Notes under the pieces: generated by a model
The model's input: the letters and a program-made list of their open reading frames with translations, nothing else
What the model was told of the DNA's origin: nothing
Database searches by the model: none
From: Eledone cirrhosa
Lineage: Eukaryota
NCBI GenBank assembly: GCA_964016885.1
Contig: OZ024743.1
Location: forward strand, 331,824,001-331,888,000
Direction of reading: 5' to 3'
Length of the DNA stretch: 64,000 nt
Made by a program: the position numbers and the translations under genes
Shown: in pieces, positions 35,481 to 49,412 of the stretch
How positions within the stretch are numbered: position 1 is the stretch's first letter
Layout: every line of letters begins with the position of its first letter

Positions 35481-37478
35481 TGCATGTACCAACACAGACT
35501 TCTCTCGTGTACACCATCTTAAACCACATTTCTCTCCAGCCTATGCATGTACCAACACAGACTTCTCTCGTGTACACCATCTTAAACCACATTTCTCTCC
35601 AGCCTATGCATGTACCAACACAGACTTCTCTCGTGTACACCATCTTAAACCACATTTCTCTCCAGCCTATGCATGTACCAACACAGACTTCTCTCGTGTA
35701 CACCTTCTTAAACCACATTTCTCTCCAGCCTATGCACGTACCAACACAGACTTCTCTCGTGTACACCTTCTTAAACCACATTTCTCTCCAGCCTATGCAC
35801 GTACCAACACAGACTTCTCTCATGTACACCTTCTTAAACCACATTTCTCTCCAGCCTATGCATGTACCAACACAGACTTCTCTTGTGTACACCATCTTAA
35901 ACCACATTTCTCTCCAGCCTATGCATGTACCAACACAGACTTCTCTTGTGTACACCATCTTAAACCACATTTCTCTCCAGCCTATGCATGTACCAACACA
36001 GACTTCTCTTGTGTACACCATCTTAAACCACATTTCTCTCCAGCCTATGCATGTACCAACACAGACTTCTCTTGTGTACACCATCTTAAACCACATTTCT
36101 CTCCAGCCTATGCACGTACCAACACAGACTTCTCTCGTGTACACCATCTTAAACCACATTTCTCTCCAGCCTATGCATGTACCAACACAGACTTCTCTCG
36201 TGTACACCATCTTAAACCACATTTCTCTCCAGCCTATGCACGTACCAACACAGACTTCTCTCGTGTACACCATCTTAAACCACATTTCTCTCCAGCCTAT
36301 GCACGTACCAACACAGACTTCTCTCGTGTACACCATCTTAAACCACATTTCTCTCCAGCCTATGCACGTACCAACACAGACTTCTCTCGTGTACACCATC
36401 TTAAACCACATTTCTCTCCAGCCTATGCATGTACCAACACAGACTTCTCTTGTGTACACCATCTTAAACCACATTTCTCTCCAGCCTATGCATGTACCAA
36501 CACAGACTTCTCTTGTGTACACCATCTGAAACCACATTTCTCTCCAGCCTATGCATGTACCAACACAGACTTCTCTCGTGTACACCATCTTAAACCACAT
36601 TTCTCTCCAGCCTATGCACGTACCAACACAGACTTCTCTCGTGTACACCATCTTAAACCACATTTCTCTCCAGCCTATGCACGTACCAACACAGACTTCT
36701 CTCGTGTACACCTTCTTAAACCACATTTCTCTCCAGCCTATGCATGTACCAACACAGACTTCTCTTGTGTACACCATCTTAAACCACATTTCTCTCCAGC
36801 CTATGCACGTACCAACACAGACTTCTCTCGTGTACACCTTCTTAAACCACATTTCTCTCCAGCCTATGCATGTACCAACACAGACTTCTCTTGTGTACAC
36901 CATCTTAAACCACATTTCTCTCCAGCCTATGCACGTACCAACACAGACTTCTCTCGTGTACACCATCTTAAACCACATTTCTCTCCAGCCTATGCATGTA
37001 CCAACACAGACTTCTCTCGTGTACACCATCTTAAACCACATTTCTCTCCAGCCTATGCATGTACCAACACAGACTTCTCTCGTGTACACCTTCTTAAACC
37101 ACATTTCTCTCCAGCCTATGCATGTACCAACACAGACTTCTCTCGTGTACACCTTCTTAAACCACATTTCTCTCCAGCCTATGCATGTACCAACACAGAC
37201 TTCTCTCGTCTACACCATCTTAAACCACATTTCTCTCCAGCCTATGCATGTACCAACACAGACTTCTCTCGTGTACACCATCTTAAACCACATTTCTCTC
37301 CAGCCTATGCATGTACCAACACAGACTTCTCTCGTGTACACCTTCTTAAACCACATTTCTCTCCAGCCTATGCATGTACCAACACAGACTTCTCTCGTCT
37401 ACACCATCTTAAACCACATTTCTCTCCAGCCTATGCATGTACCAACACAGACTTCTCTCGTGTACACCTTCTTAAACC
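35464..37478. repeat. Homogeneous 63-bp minisatellite, about 32 copies, RTE-derived
   Basis: Unit catttctctccagcctatgcatgtaccaacacagacttctctcgtgtacaccatcttaaacca, giving 21-aa periodicity in the ORF track. Confidence 0.98.
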
Positions 37479-37784
37479 TAGCTTCTATCTTAATTCATCC
37501 AAACTCTGCCTTTCTCTCACATTACATTGCACATCCAACGAAGCATGGTCGCTTCATTTCTCTCCACCTACACATGCACACCACCTCAGATTTCTCTTAA
37601 ACCCAGCTTCTCCTTCAGTTCACCCAAGCTCATTAACAAAAATACTTAATATCTAAAACCTTGTCAGCTAATGCACAAAGTTGTGTAAGATTTAATTAAA
37701 AGATAATTTTAAAACTTTACTTTGATATATTTGTTGATAAATATAGAGAAATCTGCCATGACTTACAGCTATACTTTTAGATAA

Positions 37785-37968
37785 TTGTTTCTACTTTAGG
37801 CACAAGGCCAGCAATTACCCAGTGCATTACTGGTACTTTATTTTATCGACCCCGTAAGGATGAAAGGCAAAGTCAACCTCGGCGGGATTTGAACTCAGAT
37901 CGTAAAGGGACGTAACTATGCTGGTAAGCATGGCGTCCAACTCTCTACCGATACTGCCAATCCACCGC
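37785..37968 (-). mobile_element. Young Meta-like tRNA-derived SINE; near-identical copy at 50230-50411
   Basis: A-box tggcagtatcggt, B-box gagttcaaatcc. The flanking direct repeat ctatacttttagataat (about 37770-37786 and 37968-37984) is consistent with a TSD. Confidence 0.88.
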
Positions 37969-38115
37969 TATACTTTTAGATAATGATTAACAAACATCAT
38001 TGTTAGTAATTTAACTAAATTAGTCTATATTTGGTATAGAATACTTTAGTCAGTGAAATATATATAGATAGAGATATATCATCCAAATCTTGCTAGCAGA
38101 GAGAATAGACATTTA

Positions 38116-38460
38116 ATGGTGGATGTGATGGTGGTGGTGATGGTGGTAGTGGTGGTGATTGTGGTGGTGGTGGCGATGGTGGTGGTGATGATGATGGTGG
38201 TGGTGATTGTGGCTGTGGTGGTGGTGATTGTGGCTGTGGTGTTGGTGATGGTGGCTGTGGTGGTGGTGATGGTGGCTGTGGTGGTGGTGGTAATGATGAT
38301 GGTGGTGGTAATGATAGTGGTGGTGATGGTGATGATAGTGATGATGATGATGGTAATGGTGGTGATGATGGTAATGGTGGTGATGGTAATGATGATGGTG
38401 ATAGTAATGATACTGATGGTAATTATGGTGATGATGATGGCTGTGATGATAATGATGATA
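38116..38460. repeat. (GGT/GAT)n tract after a decayed RTE terminus
   Basis: cttgctagcagagagaatagacatttaatg precedes the tract. Confidence 0.9.
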
Positions 38461-38569
38461 TATATTTATATCAGGGCAAAGTTGATAGACTGACCTTGCG
38501 GCCTTATTTATTGTTTAATTGATTTATCAAGGATACAGCTGTTAATTAACCATGCTACAGGTGGTTGAT

Positions 38570-39310
38570 TACAGATGTCTCTCTCACACTACCACTCTAG
38601 TGGTATTATAGAACAGATGTCTCTCTCACTACCATACCACTGTAGTGTTATTACAGATGTCTTTAGCACTACCATACCACTGTAGTGTTATTACAGATAT
38701 GTCTTACACTACCATACCACTGTACTGGTATTAGATGTGTCTTTAGCACTAACATACCACTGTAATGGTATTACATATGTCTCTCATACAAGCATATCAC
38801 TGTAATGGTATTAGAACAAATGTCTCTCACAGCCAAACCACTGTACTGGTATTACAGATGTCCCTAACACTACCATACCACTGTAATGGTGTTGGAACAG
38901 ATGTCTCTCACACAACCATATGACTGTAGTGGTATTATAGATGTGTCTTACACTACCATACCACTGTAGTGTTATTATAGATGTGTCTTACACTACCATA
39001 CCACTGTAGTGGTATTACAGATATGTCTTACACTACCATACCACTGTAGTGTTATTATAGATGTGTCTTACACTACCATACCACTGTAGTGTTATTACAG
39101 ATATGTCTTACACTACCATACCACTCTAGTGGTATTACAGATGTCTCTCTCACAACCATATCACTGTAGTGGTATTACAGAAGTCTCCAGCACAACCATA
39201 CCACTGTAATGGTATTATAGAACAGATGTTTCTCTCACAACCATACCACTGAAGTGGTATTACAGAAGTCTTCAACACAACCATACCATTGTAGTGGTAT
39301 TATAACAGAT
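38570..39310. repeat. About 40-bp minisatellite (about 18 units) with an internal palindrome
   Basis: Unit cactaccATACCACTgtAGTGGTATtacagatgtgtctta. Confidence 0.92.
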
Positions 39311-40387
39311 CAGTGTCTTAGACTGCCAAACTAATGTTCTGCTATCTTACACTACTATAGCAGTGTATTGCTATGAAACCATTGAGAACTAACCATCCGG
39401 CAGATGGCTAACTGTTTCCTTACCACATTTCTAATGAAAGACACTGCCAATGGTTTTATCAATAATCTTGAAAATAATACAGAATTTCGATGGATTTAGT
39501 AATACATTTTTTCATCATTAAACTAGTTTTAAGAACATAATTTAAAAAAGGTTCTTTTAACTCTGTGTCAAGATAACCTCTCCTGTGCTCTTGGTGGAAC
39601 ATCGACAGTACATAAAGTAAGACCTGGAAGATCAGTTGATCCACTTCAGTACTGACTTGCAGTGGTGAAGGGTAACTTGGAAAGCAGGGCATGCAGTCCA
39701 ATCACCATGGCGGAAAGTAGGGCTGTGCAGCCTCACCCCCCCCCTAATTCCCTCTAAATGACCCCCCCCCCCCCCCAGTCAAAGCCGAATGTAGTGTTAT
39801 CTAGTGTGTGTGTGTCATCTTTTTATGTGTCTACAGTTTAGCAAGCAGCTAAAATTCTGCTTGCTTCAACCGATGCTGTCGTGTTCCTGTGTGTATGTGT
39901 GGGTGTGCGTGCGTGTGTGTGTCATCTTTTTATGTGTCTACGGTTCAGCAAGCACCCAAAATTCTGCTTGCTTCAACCGACGCAATTGATCAACTCAAGA
40001 TTCTATAACACATGCACTGCATGCGTTGCATGCATGCACCCTTCGCCCCTGCTGACTTGGTCTATGTAGGCACACCCAACCCTTGCCAGCAGGGAAAGTG
40101 GACGTTATGATGATGATGTTAGTCTTGCTATGAAATTATGCCCCACGACATATAGAATGAGGAGTAAACAAAACACTTGTTATTCAACAATTCATGAAGA
40201 TCCAGTACCCCCACCCCTCTTCCCTCTCTCAAGATGCTGAACCTACAATAGCTGAAGACTGATTACAAATGTAAACAAGAATATGTCTCTACATAATTAT
40301 ATAATAATACATTGTTGATGACCTAACAAGTTACTATGATACAACACCAATATAGTGTGAATTATATATAAATATGTAGTAGACACT

Positions 40388-40690
40388 AGCATGGCTTAGT
40401 AGTTAAGATGTCTGATTCACAATCATGTGGTGCCAGGTACAATCCCACAGTGTGGCATCTTAGACAAGTGTCTTTACTATAATCTTGGATCAATCCAAAC
40501 TTTGTGAGTGAAACTGGGTAGATGTAAACTATGTGGAAGCCTGTTGGATGAACTGTGCCTCTCTGACTCAAAGGTCCAGTATTGTTGCATATTGTGTTAT
40601 GTGACAAGGCTGGACCTTGAGAATTATGTTATGGGTACACATGTCTGTGGAATACTCAACCACTTACATGTTAATTTATGAGTTGTGTAT
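40388..40690 (+). mobile_element. Diverged composite tRNA-derived SINE
   Basis: gcatggcttagtagttaag head, a body like 19540-19702, then cacatgtctgtggaatactcaaccacttac shared with 44760-44800 and 51075-51100. Confidence 0.7.
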
Positions 40691-41184
40691 TCAATTGAAT
40701 GCTCATTGTTGAAATTCTTGTGTGAATGTTCAAAATCTGTCTAATGCACCATAATGATAGGGGGGGGGGGTGAAAAGAAATAGAAAGGAGACATACTCTA
40801 GACCCATGGTTGGATTGTCTTTGACATGATTGAATAATTCTCCTGACCCTTTATTTGGCAAGCTTTATATGACTGAATGCCCTTCCTATCACCAACCACT
40901 TTACAGAGTGTACTGAGTGTGTTATCTACAAAAGAAAGGTTGATGTGTTCTTGACACATTTTAAGGGTACTCTTAACCATTTTCAACGTAGTTTCTTCAG
41001 TAGGATTCCTTTCCTATCATCAGCCACTTTACAAGGTGTACTGGGTGCATTTGTCATGGCACCAGCAGTAGGGAAGTTGTTGATCATTGGTTCAACTGAA
41101 GAGCCCTCTCTATCCTATAGGTGTGGGGTAGGACATAGAATAGCTAAGAAGGATGATATGTATGTTGTTATGTGTACATGATGG

Positions 41185-41430
41185 TGACGAATTGCCACAA
41201 TTGTTAGAACATTGGATAGAATGCTTTGTAGTATTCATTTCAGCTCTACTCTCTGAAATCAAATCCCATCGAGGTTAACTTTGTCTCCTCTATAACTCTT
41301 TCCCATTTCCTTTCTCTCACTCTCTAGCCTTTTCTGGAAGAAATCTGTTGTATTCAGACCTGGAGAGCAGATGGACTCTGCCAAGTTTAAAAATGCCCTA
41401 AAAACGCTGTATGTCAATATGGGCCCCTAC
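41185..41430 (+). mobile_element. Meta-like SINE variant with CT-rich body; inverted relatives at 41990-42290 and 43055-43345
   Basis: Shared aatctgttgtattcagacctggagag..gatgg..ct..cca.g.ttt.aaatgcc and gttagaacattggatagaatgctt. Confidence 0.75.
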
Positions 41431-41738
41431 AACTCCCTCATTAGTTACGGAACCATCAATACATACATGTGTGCTTATGAAGCCATCTTCTTAACCATAC
41501 AGCCATTCCCGCATCTATGTGTATATAAATATTCTATATGTTCTTTCTATTGAGAAAAACAATCAATATTTAGACTGGATAAATAAGGCCTACATACTGG
41601 AATATTTCAGCATATTGTATAGACTGCTCACATTCAGTCTAATCTAAATAATAGCAACAAAGCAAGTTATAAAATGTGTGTATGTATGTGTAGTCCTATA
41701 ACTCTTTATGGTGTCATAGGGGCACCATAGTGGTATAT

Positions 41739-41908
41739 GTGAAGGTGCATGGCTTAGTGATTAGAGCATTGGGCTTGCAATCGAAAAGTTGTGAGTTCAA
41801 TTCTCGGACCGGGTGATGTGTTGTTTCCTTGAGCAAGACACTTTATTTCACGTTGCTCCAGTTTACTCAGCTGTAGAAATGAGATGATAGGACTGGGGTC
41901 CCTATCAT
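41739..41908 (+). mobile_element. CORE-type SINE head and CORE domain without LINE tail
   Basis: Near-identical to 17351-17520 and ends at gggtccctatcatt. Confidence 0.88.
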
Positions 41909-44224
41909 TAAATTACCCAAGACACCTCCAATGAGATATACTTTGGAGGAGGCCAGCTAAACCTGCACAGATGTCAGCTGTCACACACGCACACATAGTG
42001 GTATACGGCATTTAAAGCCTGGTGGAGACCCATCCCTCTCCAGGTCTGAATACAACAGATTCTTTCCAAAGAAGGATAGAGAGAGTGAGAGAGAGAAAGT
42101 GAGAAAGAGATATAGAGGAACAATCCACCCCAGTACTGGACAAGTACATTTTTTTTTATCAATCTCGAATTGATGAAAGGCAAAGTTGATTTGAAAGGAT
42201 TTGAACTCAGAGAGAAGAAAGCCAGAATAAATACCACAAAGCATTCTATCCAATGTTTTAATGACTGTGCCAATTCAGCACCTCTAAAATGTAAGTGTCC
42301 CAATGCAAATGACTACAATAATAATAGATCACTATAAATGGGAGTTAAGAAAATCAGGTGATGTATCCCTGAAGATGGAAAAAAATGATCAGAGATGCAG
42401 GAGCCTCTGTCTACCTTTTTCCAACACTAAGTGCACTTAACTAGGTTTTTCTCAACTACTATTTATAGTGATCAACAATTATGGTCATTTGCGTTGGGAC
42501 ACATACGCCTAAAATTTTCCCAATACTTCTTAGGTTAACAGTTTTGTTTATACTAAATTATATTTTCTGTTTGTTAAATGTAACAACAGCCCCAAAAGCA
42601 AGTCCCCCCTGCCCCCGCCACACATACACAATGTACATATTTTTTCACTAGGTAACACAAGAGGCTCTATATGGTAATTTGACCTTCTAGAAATAGCAGC
42701 CAAATCTTCCTGATACTAAACTGCCTATTTTAAAATGTTCATATTTTTTAAAACCCTCTCATCATCAAGAACTTTTATATAAGAATTTGTATGTTCCAAA
42801 CAGCTTAATAATGAAAAAATTGGTTATATTACTAAATCCCTTCAAATTTTATTTTCAAAATGTACTGAAATAGACAGTATCTTACATTAGAAATCATCAC
42901 CATCATCATTGTTATTGTCTTTTAACGTTTAATGTCCATGTTAACATGGCTAAACAACATCATTAACAGAAATATTTCAATATTTTACTTCTATATTTTG
43001 TATGAAGACATGTAAGGTCCCTTAACTTCTGAGGGAGTTGTAGAGGCACTGTATTAACATACAGCATTTCTAGGGTTTTGTTGAAAACCTGGCAGAGCCA
43101 ATCTCCTCTCCAGGTCTGAACAGAGTATATTTCTACCAGAGAAAGATGTAGAGTGTGAGGGAATAGAAGTGAAAAAAAGATATAGAGGAAGAATCAACCC
43201 CTGTACTAGACTGGTACTTTTTTAACGACCTTGAATGGATGAAAGGTAAAGTTGCATTCAACAGGATTTGAACTCAGAAAGCAGAGAGTGAAACAAATAC
43301 CGCAAGGTATTCTATCTGACGTTCTAACGACTCTGCTAATTTGTAGCATAAAGAAATAAAACCTATCTCTGAATAGATGGTACATGCTATAAATAAAATA
43401 GGTTTTAAATCTATTGGTCTGGGATTGACGATTGTGTAAGCAATAGAAAGAATGGTTAGTTGTGAAGAATTGATCAAGTATAATCAGACAAGTTGAAGAT
43501 TATATTGTCAAGAATCCATACTTTTAAAGTCAATAACACACTGAAGAAACAGCATTCATTCTCTGTGGTTCATTATGATAACTGTATTTCATTTGCACTA
43601 ATTTCATTGGCTAGTAACTAATATTGACTTCATTATCACCATAGTTACCACTTTATTTGACCAACCAATGAGAAGTATTGACAACTAAGAGGCATGATTG
43701 GCTCTACCAAATATAGTAATAAGATGATGATAGCACTGATGGTTTGGTGATTAAACTGTTTAAAGAATACATTTCCTCTCCACTGCACACCTCATTTCTC
43801 ATCCATTTCTAACTAAAATGGTGCTCCACCTCTCATCTACATTCCTGACATCATCATTCCAGTAAATTCTACGCAATTGTGTAATTCGGTGGCAAGAAAT
43901 TAGCAAATATCTAAAGAAGAGCAGCAACAAAAAGTGATGCTATTTTTTCTGCTGCAGCAAAATGGTATATATGAAGGGGTGTCGTGGAAATAGATGGTGG
44001 TATAGAAGGGGAGAGGACAGACATCAGAGTGTAAAGAGGGTGGGGGGAAGACATGGAAATAGTGGTGTAGAAGGACGGGGTGAGACATATCATAGTGGTC
44101 TATAGAGAGAGAGAGAAAGTAGGTGATAAGGACAGAACTATATTATTATAATCATCATCATTATACATTCCTTTTTCAAGCTGGTATGGCTTTGATGGGT
44201 TAGGGTCTGAGTCAGTCCTTGATC

Positions 44225-44665
44225 AGGATCATAACCCAACTAGATGTGTCATAGGATCATATCTGACTGTCCTAGATGGATCATAGGATCACATATGACT
44301 GTGCTAGTTGAGTTCTAGAATCATATCTGACTGTCCTAGATGGATCATAGGATCACATATGACTGGTCTTGTAGATAGGTTATAGGATCAAACCTGTCTG
44401 TCCTAGATGTCACAGGATCACAACTGCCCATCCTAAATGTCATAGTATCACACCTGACAGTCCTAGATGGATCTTAGGATCACACCTGCCTGCCTTAGAT
44501 GGATCACAGGATCATATCTTACAGTCTTAGATGGATCATAGGATCACACCTGCCTGCTTTAGATGTCAGAGGATCACATCTAACCTTCTCGATGGGTCAT
44601 TGTACCACATCTGACTGTCCTAGATAGATCATAGTATCATATATGACTGTCCTTCTAGACGAGTT
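44225..44665. repeat. About 32-bp degenerate minisatellite
   Basis: Unit ggatcacatctgactgtcctagatggatcata. Confidence 0.88.
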
Positions 44666-44899
44666 GTAGGTTCCTATCTACATATTGTGTTGTGCTGGGT
44701 CTCAACTGGTTCAGATGAATTTTCGAGTAAATTTAATCAATAGAGAAGCCTGTACATGAAATTTACATGCAAGTGACTGAGCATTCCACAGACACATGCA
44801 CCCATAAGGTAGTTCTCAGGGAGATTTATAATAAACCAGGGTGGAACAAGGCTACCCCTGTGAATTACAGGTACAATTCATTTTTGCCAGATCAGTGGA

Positions 44900-45140
44900 C
44901 TGAATTAAGTGCAAGAATTGCAAGAGCTGGTGCAGCAATGAGCCAGCTTGAGCATTCAGTCATCAGAAGGTGGGTAGGTGTAAAAACCAAACATGCTAGC
45001 TTCAATTCAGTATTTGTGCCAACTCTTAGCTATGGTCATTGGGTAATGACTGAAAGAATCTGATTGCAAATACAAGCAATTTGGAATACAGAGGATTCTG
45101 CCCCCAACAACTCTCCCAGGAATAAGTGGAAGAAGAATAA
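44900..45140 (+). mobile_element. Rex3-like RTE fragments with an internal deletion
   Basis: ELSARIARAGAAMSQL..FNSVFVPTLSYGHWVMTERI, then ctgcccccaacaactctcccaggaataagtggaagaagaa. Confidence 0.7.
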
Positions 45141-45379
45141 GAGTGGACTGAAGCAAAGTGTCTTGTGCAAAGACTGGGAATTGAACTCACAAACTTACAA
45201 TTGTGAGATGAACGCCCTAACCACTAAACCACACACTTTCAGAATATGTACATACAAACATTAAATCCATACATAGGATGTATTCAGTAACTTAATAACA
45301 ATATTACATATTATATAAGTTGCAGAATATTTTATGAGATAATGTATCTACATCTGTTCAGCATAACTTTCAGACATTA

Positions 45380-45461
<82 letters not shown>

Positions 45462-46164
45462 GCGTGTGTGCGTGTATTTGTGTGTGCATTTGTGTGTGAA
45501 TGTGTGTGTGTGTGAATGTGTGTGTGTGTGTGTGTAATAGTTATGTCTGTATTTGTGTATGTGTATATGATTGTGTATGTGTTTATATCAGCATCATCAT
45601 CACTATCCTCATCATCATTTAACTACTATTTTTCCATGCTCTCATGGGGTAAATATGTAAGGTTGTGAGGCTAAAGAGATCAGCTGACTATGACTTGCTC
45701 ATATGTTTATATTGGTGCATCAAACAGAAACACATTGTGCATATATTTATTCTGTACTATGCTAGTTACATGTCTTTATTTCAAGGAAGTCTTAGCCATT
45801 CAATAAAAAGAAATCAATGAAACAGGTACCAGACATACTCAGAGGGCACCAATATAATCCACCCCCACCCAAAAAAAGAATAGCCTGAATATGGTGCTTC
45901 AGCATGGCCAAAGTCCAAAGACTGAATCAAGTAAAAAAAAAGAGTACAAAAATATAATAAAGTGTAGAAAATAGTGTTTTGTTTGAAGGCTTCCACAATG
46001 TGAATTGGACAATAAATGTTAAAACTAATGATTCAAATATTTATAGGCCCTTATATTTCAGGATAAAATCCTCTCATCAAAAAGATTAATTGAGGGAACT
46101 AATTCATGGCTGGATATTTTTTATTGCTGTTAAGTTGCTATTTTTGAAATTTCAAGTTTCAAAA

Positions 46165-46560
46165 ATGAGTGCATCACATCAAATATTAAAGCCTGTACTT
46201 TAGTTTACTGCAAATTTTCAACATTTGTCCACTAGCAAAGAGACTATAAACATTTGAATTAACAAAGCACATTAGCAAGACATTCTTGAAAAGTACTAAA
46301 ACAGTACTATGACTGCACCACATTAAAAATGAAAGTCTTTATTTACTACAAATGTTTACACCAATCTGTCAACTAGTAAATATACTATAATCATTGAAAT
46401 TAACAAACCACATGAAACAACAATAGCAAAACATTCTTGAAAAGTACAAAACAGTATTATAACTGCATCATATTAAAAATTGAAGTCTTTATTCAAGTTA
46501 ACTGTAAATTTTCAATATGATCTGTCAACTAGTAAAGATACTATAAATATTTGAACTTTC
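46165..46560 (+). repeat. Second locus of the AT-rich tandem repeat seen at 14915-15335
   Basis: gcaagacattcttgaaaagtac..aaacagtactatgactgcaccacattaaaaatgaaagtcttt recurs. Confidence 0.75.
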
Positions 46561-46999
46561 AAAACTGTTTTTTTTTTTATTGTTTTTTTTTTCATTAATA
46601 TATTTTCTGCTTAATCCTTGCAGGATGTAAAGAGTTGAGTGAAGGATTAAATAGATTTTTGAAATTTTATGAACTACTAGCAACTAAATGTAAAAAACCC
46701 ATAAATCTGTAACCTTTAACCTCCACACACAGCCCTCCTGCTAACTGGATCATTTTGGTATTAATATTTGCTTGATGAGGTCAGAAAAGTGATTGCCGAG
46801 ATTAATCAATGAAAATAATCCATATGCACTTATCGTTCAGCTCAAATATTCAAATATTTTCAAAAACAGACAAAAACAAGTGAAATATATTGATTTTTAA
46901 AATACATGAAATGTTTTTTGATACACAAGAGATGGAATAATTCCCAAAGTGGATTTCAAATTAATTCCAAAGAAAAATGTAACGGCAATAAAAGAAACA

Positions 47000-47064
<65 letters not shown>

Positions 47065-47101
47065 CACACACAAATATATGCATATACACACACACACACC
47101 C

Positions 47102-47137
<36 letters not shown>

Positions 47138-47554
47138 CCATATATATATATATACACACACACATATATATATAATATACATTTATAGGCACATATTCAT
47201 ACATTACATTCATACATAAACACATGCACATGTATTAAATACATACCCACACACACACATGTATGCACACTCACTCACTCACTGGCACAAACTACCACAG
47301 TGAATATACACAATAGAAAAGTTGAATTGTCCATAGAGAATTCTCTATGGAATTATCTAGAATAAAACTGCCACATTATTCCATAATAAACTATGATATA
47401 ATTCTAATCCCCACCCAACATCTGACACTGTAATATTCTTCCCACATAATCCAGAATGGAAGAGACAAAAGCTACAACTGTTTACTGTTATATTATAACC
47501 AATATTTTTAACTGTCATTTCCTACATAATGCCTATCATCATCATTTAGCTCTT

Positions 47555-48120
47555 TCAATACTATACCATCTGGAACTGCCCATGGTTTTGTGATACAGAA
47601 CTGTTTATTTTAACCATTTCCATCCCAAACTGCCAGAAACTAATGTTTGTTCTATGATAGAGAACTGTTTATTTTAACCACTTCCATATCAAACTGCCAA
47701 AATCCGACTCTGTTTTTGCGACACACATCTGTTTGTTTTAAACCTTCCGATACCAAACCACCTAAAATTAGTTCTGGTTCCATGTTACAGAATTGTATTT
47801 TTTTAAATCTTTCAATACCAAACCACCTGGAACTGCCCCTGGTTCTGTGATACAGAAGTGTTTCTTTTAAACATCTCCATATCAAACCTCCTGAAACCAA
47901 CTCCGGTTCCATGTTACAGAACTGTATCTTGAAACCATTTCCATAACAAACCACCAAAAACCGACCCTAGTTTTGTGACACACAAGTTTGTTTTAAACCA
48001 TACCAAACTACTTGAAACCAACTCCGGTTCCATGTTACAGAACTGTATCTTTTAACCATTTCTATAGCAAACCTACAGAAACCAACCCTGGTTTTGTGAC
48101 ACACTACTGTTTGTTTTAAA
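47555..48120. repeat. About 60-bp degenerate tandem array derived from the MITE left end
   Basis: Units ttttaaccatttccataccaaaccacctg.aac...ctggtt..gtgatacagaactgt resemble 15860-15910, 27220-27280 and 49772-49820. Confidence 0.8.
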
Positions 48121-49412
48121 GTATATATCATCATCATCACCATTTAACATCTATTTTCCATACTTGCACAGGTTGTCAGCTAATGGGCTAGCCAGCTCAG
48201 GTGACCATGTTTTGCTTATATGAGCTTTTGTTGGTTTGGTTTTCTATGGTTTGATGCCCTTCCTAATGCCAACAACAACCACTTTAAAACCATGAACTAG
48301 GAATTTTTATCATGGCTCCACCACTACCACCTTACAGGGTGAACAGGGTGCTTTTCATTGTGACAGCAGGATGACTATCTTACAAGGTGGACTAGGTGCT
48401 TTTTTTGTTGTCCTACCAACACGACCACTTTATATAATGGACTGGAAGCTTTTTAACATGGCCCTAATACCACAAATTTACAAGGTGGACAGGGCACTTT
48501 TTGTAGTTGAGGCACCAGCAATACCACTGTATAGGGTAGATTTAATGCTTTTTGTTGTGGCACTAGCACTACCACCACAAAGGGTGAACTGGGTGTTTTT
48601 TGTTGTTGTGGCACTACCACCACAAAGGGTGGACTGGGTGTTTTTTGTTTTATTCTTGTGGCACCAGCACTATGGGACAGCAAGTGTGGAGTATGTCCAG
48701 CCTTCCATACAAGCACGCATGGGTAGGACAGGAAAAGATGTATCAGTGGTGTGATGGATGGGAGGAAGTACATCGATGTTATTGTTAAATGTCTATTTTC
48801 CAGGTTGTCTCACTCTGTGGATTGGCTGGACAGGAGATCACATCTAGTTCATATATTTCATTTTGTTTTGGCATGATCTACGTGGCCAAACGCCCTTTCC
48901 CATTCCACCTGAGCATCTTATCCTGGTATGAGGTGAGGGCTTGTCTGGCTCTCCATGCTTGCATGGGTTTGATGTGGAAGGGTGGGGCATCTGTTTTTAT
49001 GTGTTGGATTGGGCTGGGCTAGGAGGTGTGGGATTGCCTTTTCATACCAGAAAGAATTGGACAAGCTGTGTAAAGAGGAGGGGAGGGGAGAGGAGGGGCT
49101 GTCTTTCTAATGTTGGCAGTTGTTATTGAACACACAAGGTGGAGATGGGGGAAGTGTGTGGGGGAGGACTAGGATGAGGTTCTAAGATAATTGGAGGAGG
49201 AGATGGGTGAGTATTAAAAGGGGAGGAGGTATATGAGAGAGATTGGTCATGACTACTCTCCTCTTCTTGCTTATTTCATCCTACATGCATGAGAAAGGTC
49301 TTCTGAATTATGGCATATAACCAGAGAACTATAACTGTCTATCTATGTATCTGTCTATCTTCACTTCTTTCAGTAATTAAATTTATCAATTTCTTCAAAA
49401 CAGTGATGATGA

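Noticed and set aside
35065-37656. 863-aa ORF (and overlapping 578-aa and 349-aa ORFs) as a repeat-protein gene
   Set aside because: It is produced by a stop-free 63-bp satellite open in several frames on both strands. The flanks are antisense LINE sequence, and there is no gene evidence.
38570-39310. CRISPR array (palindromic repeats)
   Set aside because: The linkers are homologous and short rather than unique spacers, and there are no cas genes or leader.
39540-40075. Possible exon or DNA transposon fragment with an internal duplication of about 100 bp
   Set aside because: No identifiable protein motif, splice structure or termini.
47330-47351. Perfect 22-bp palindrome tccatagagaattctctatgga
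   Set aside because: It is isolated and short, with no associated structure, so no function can be argued.
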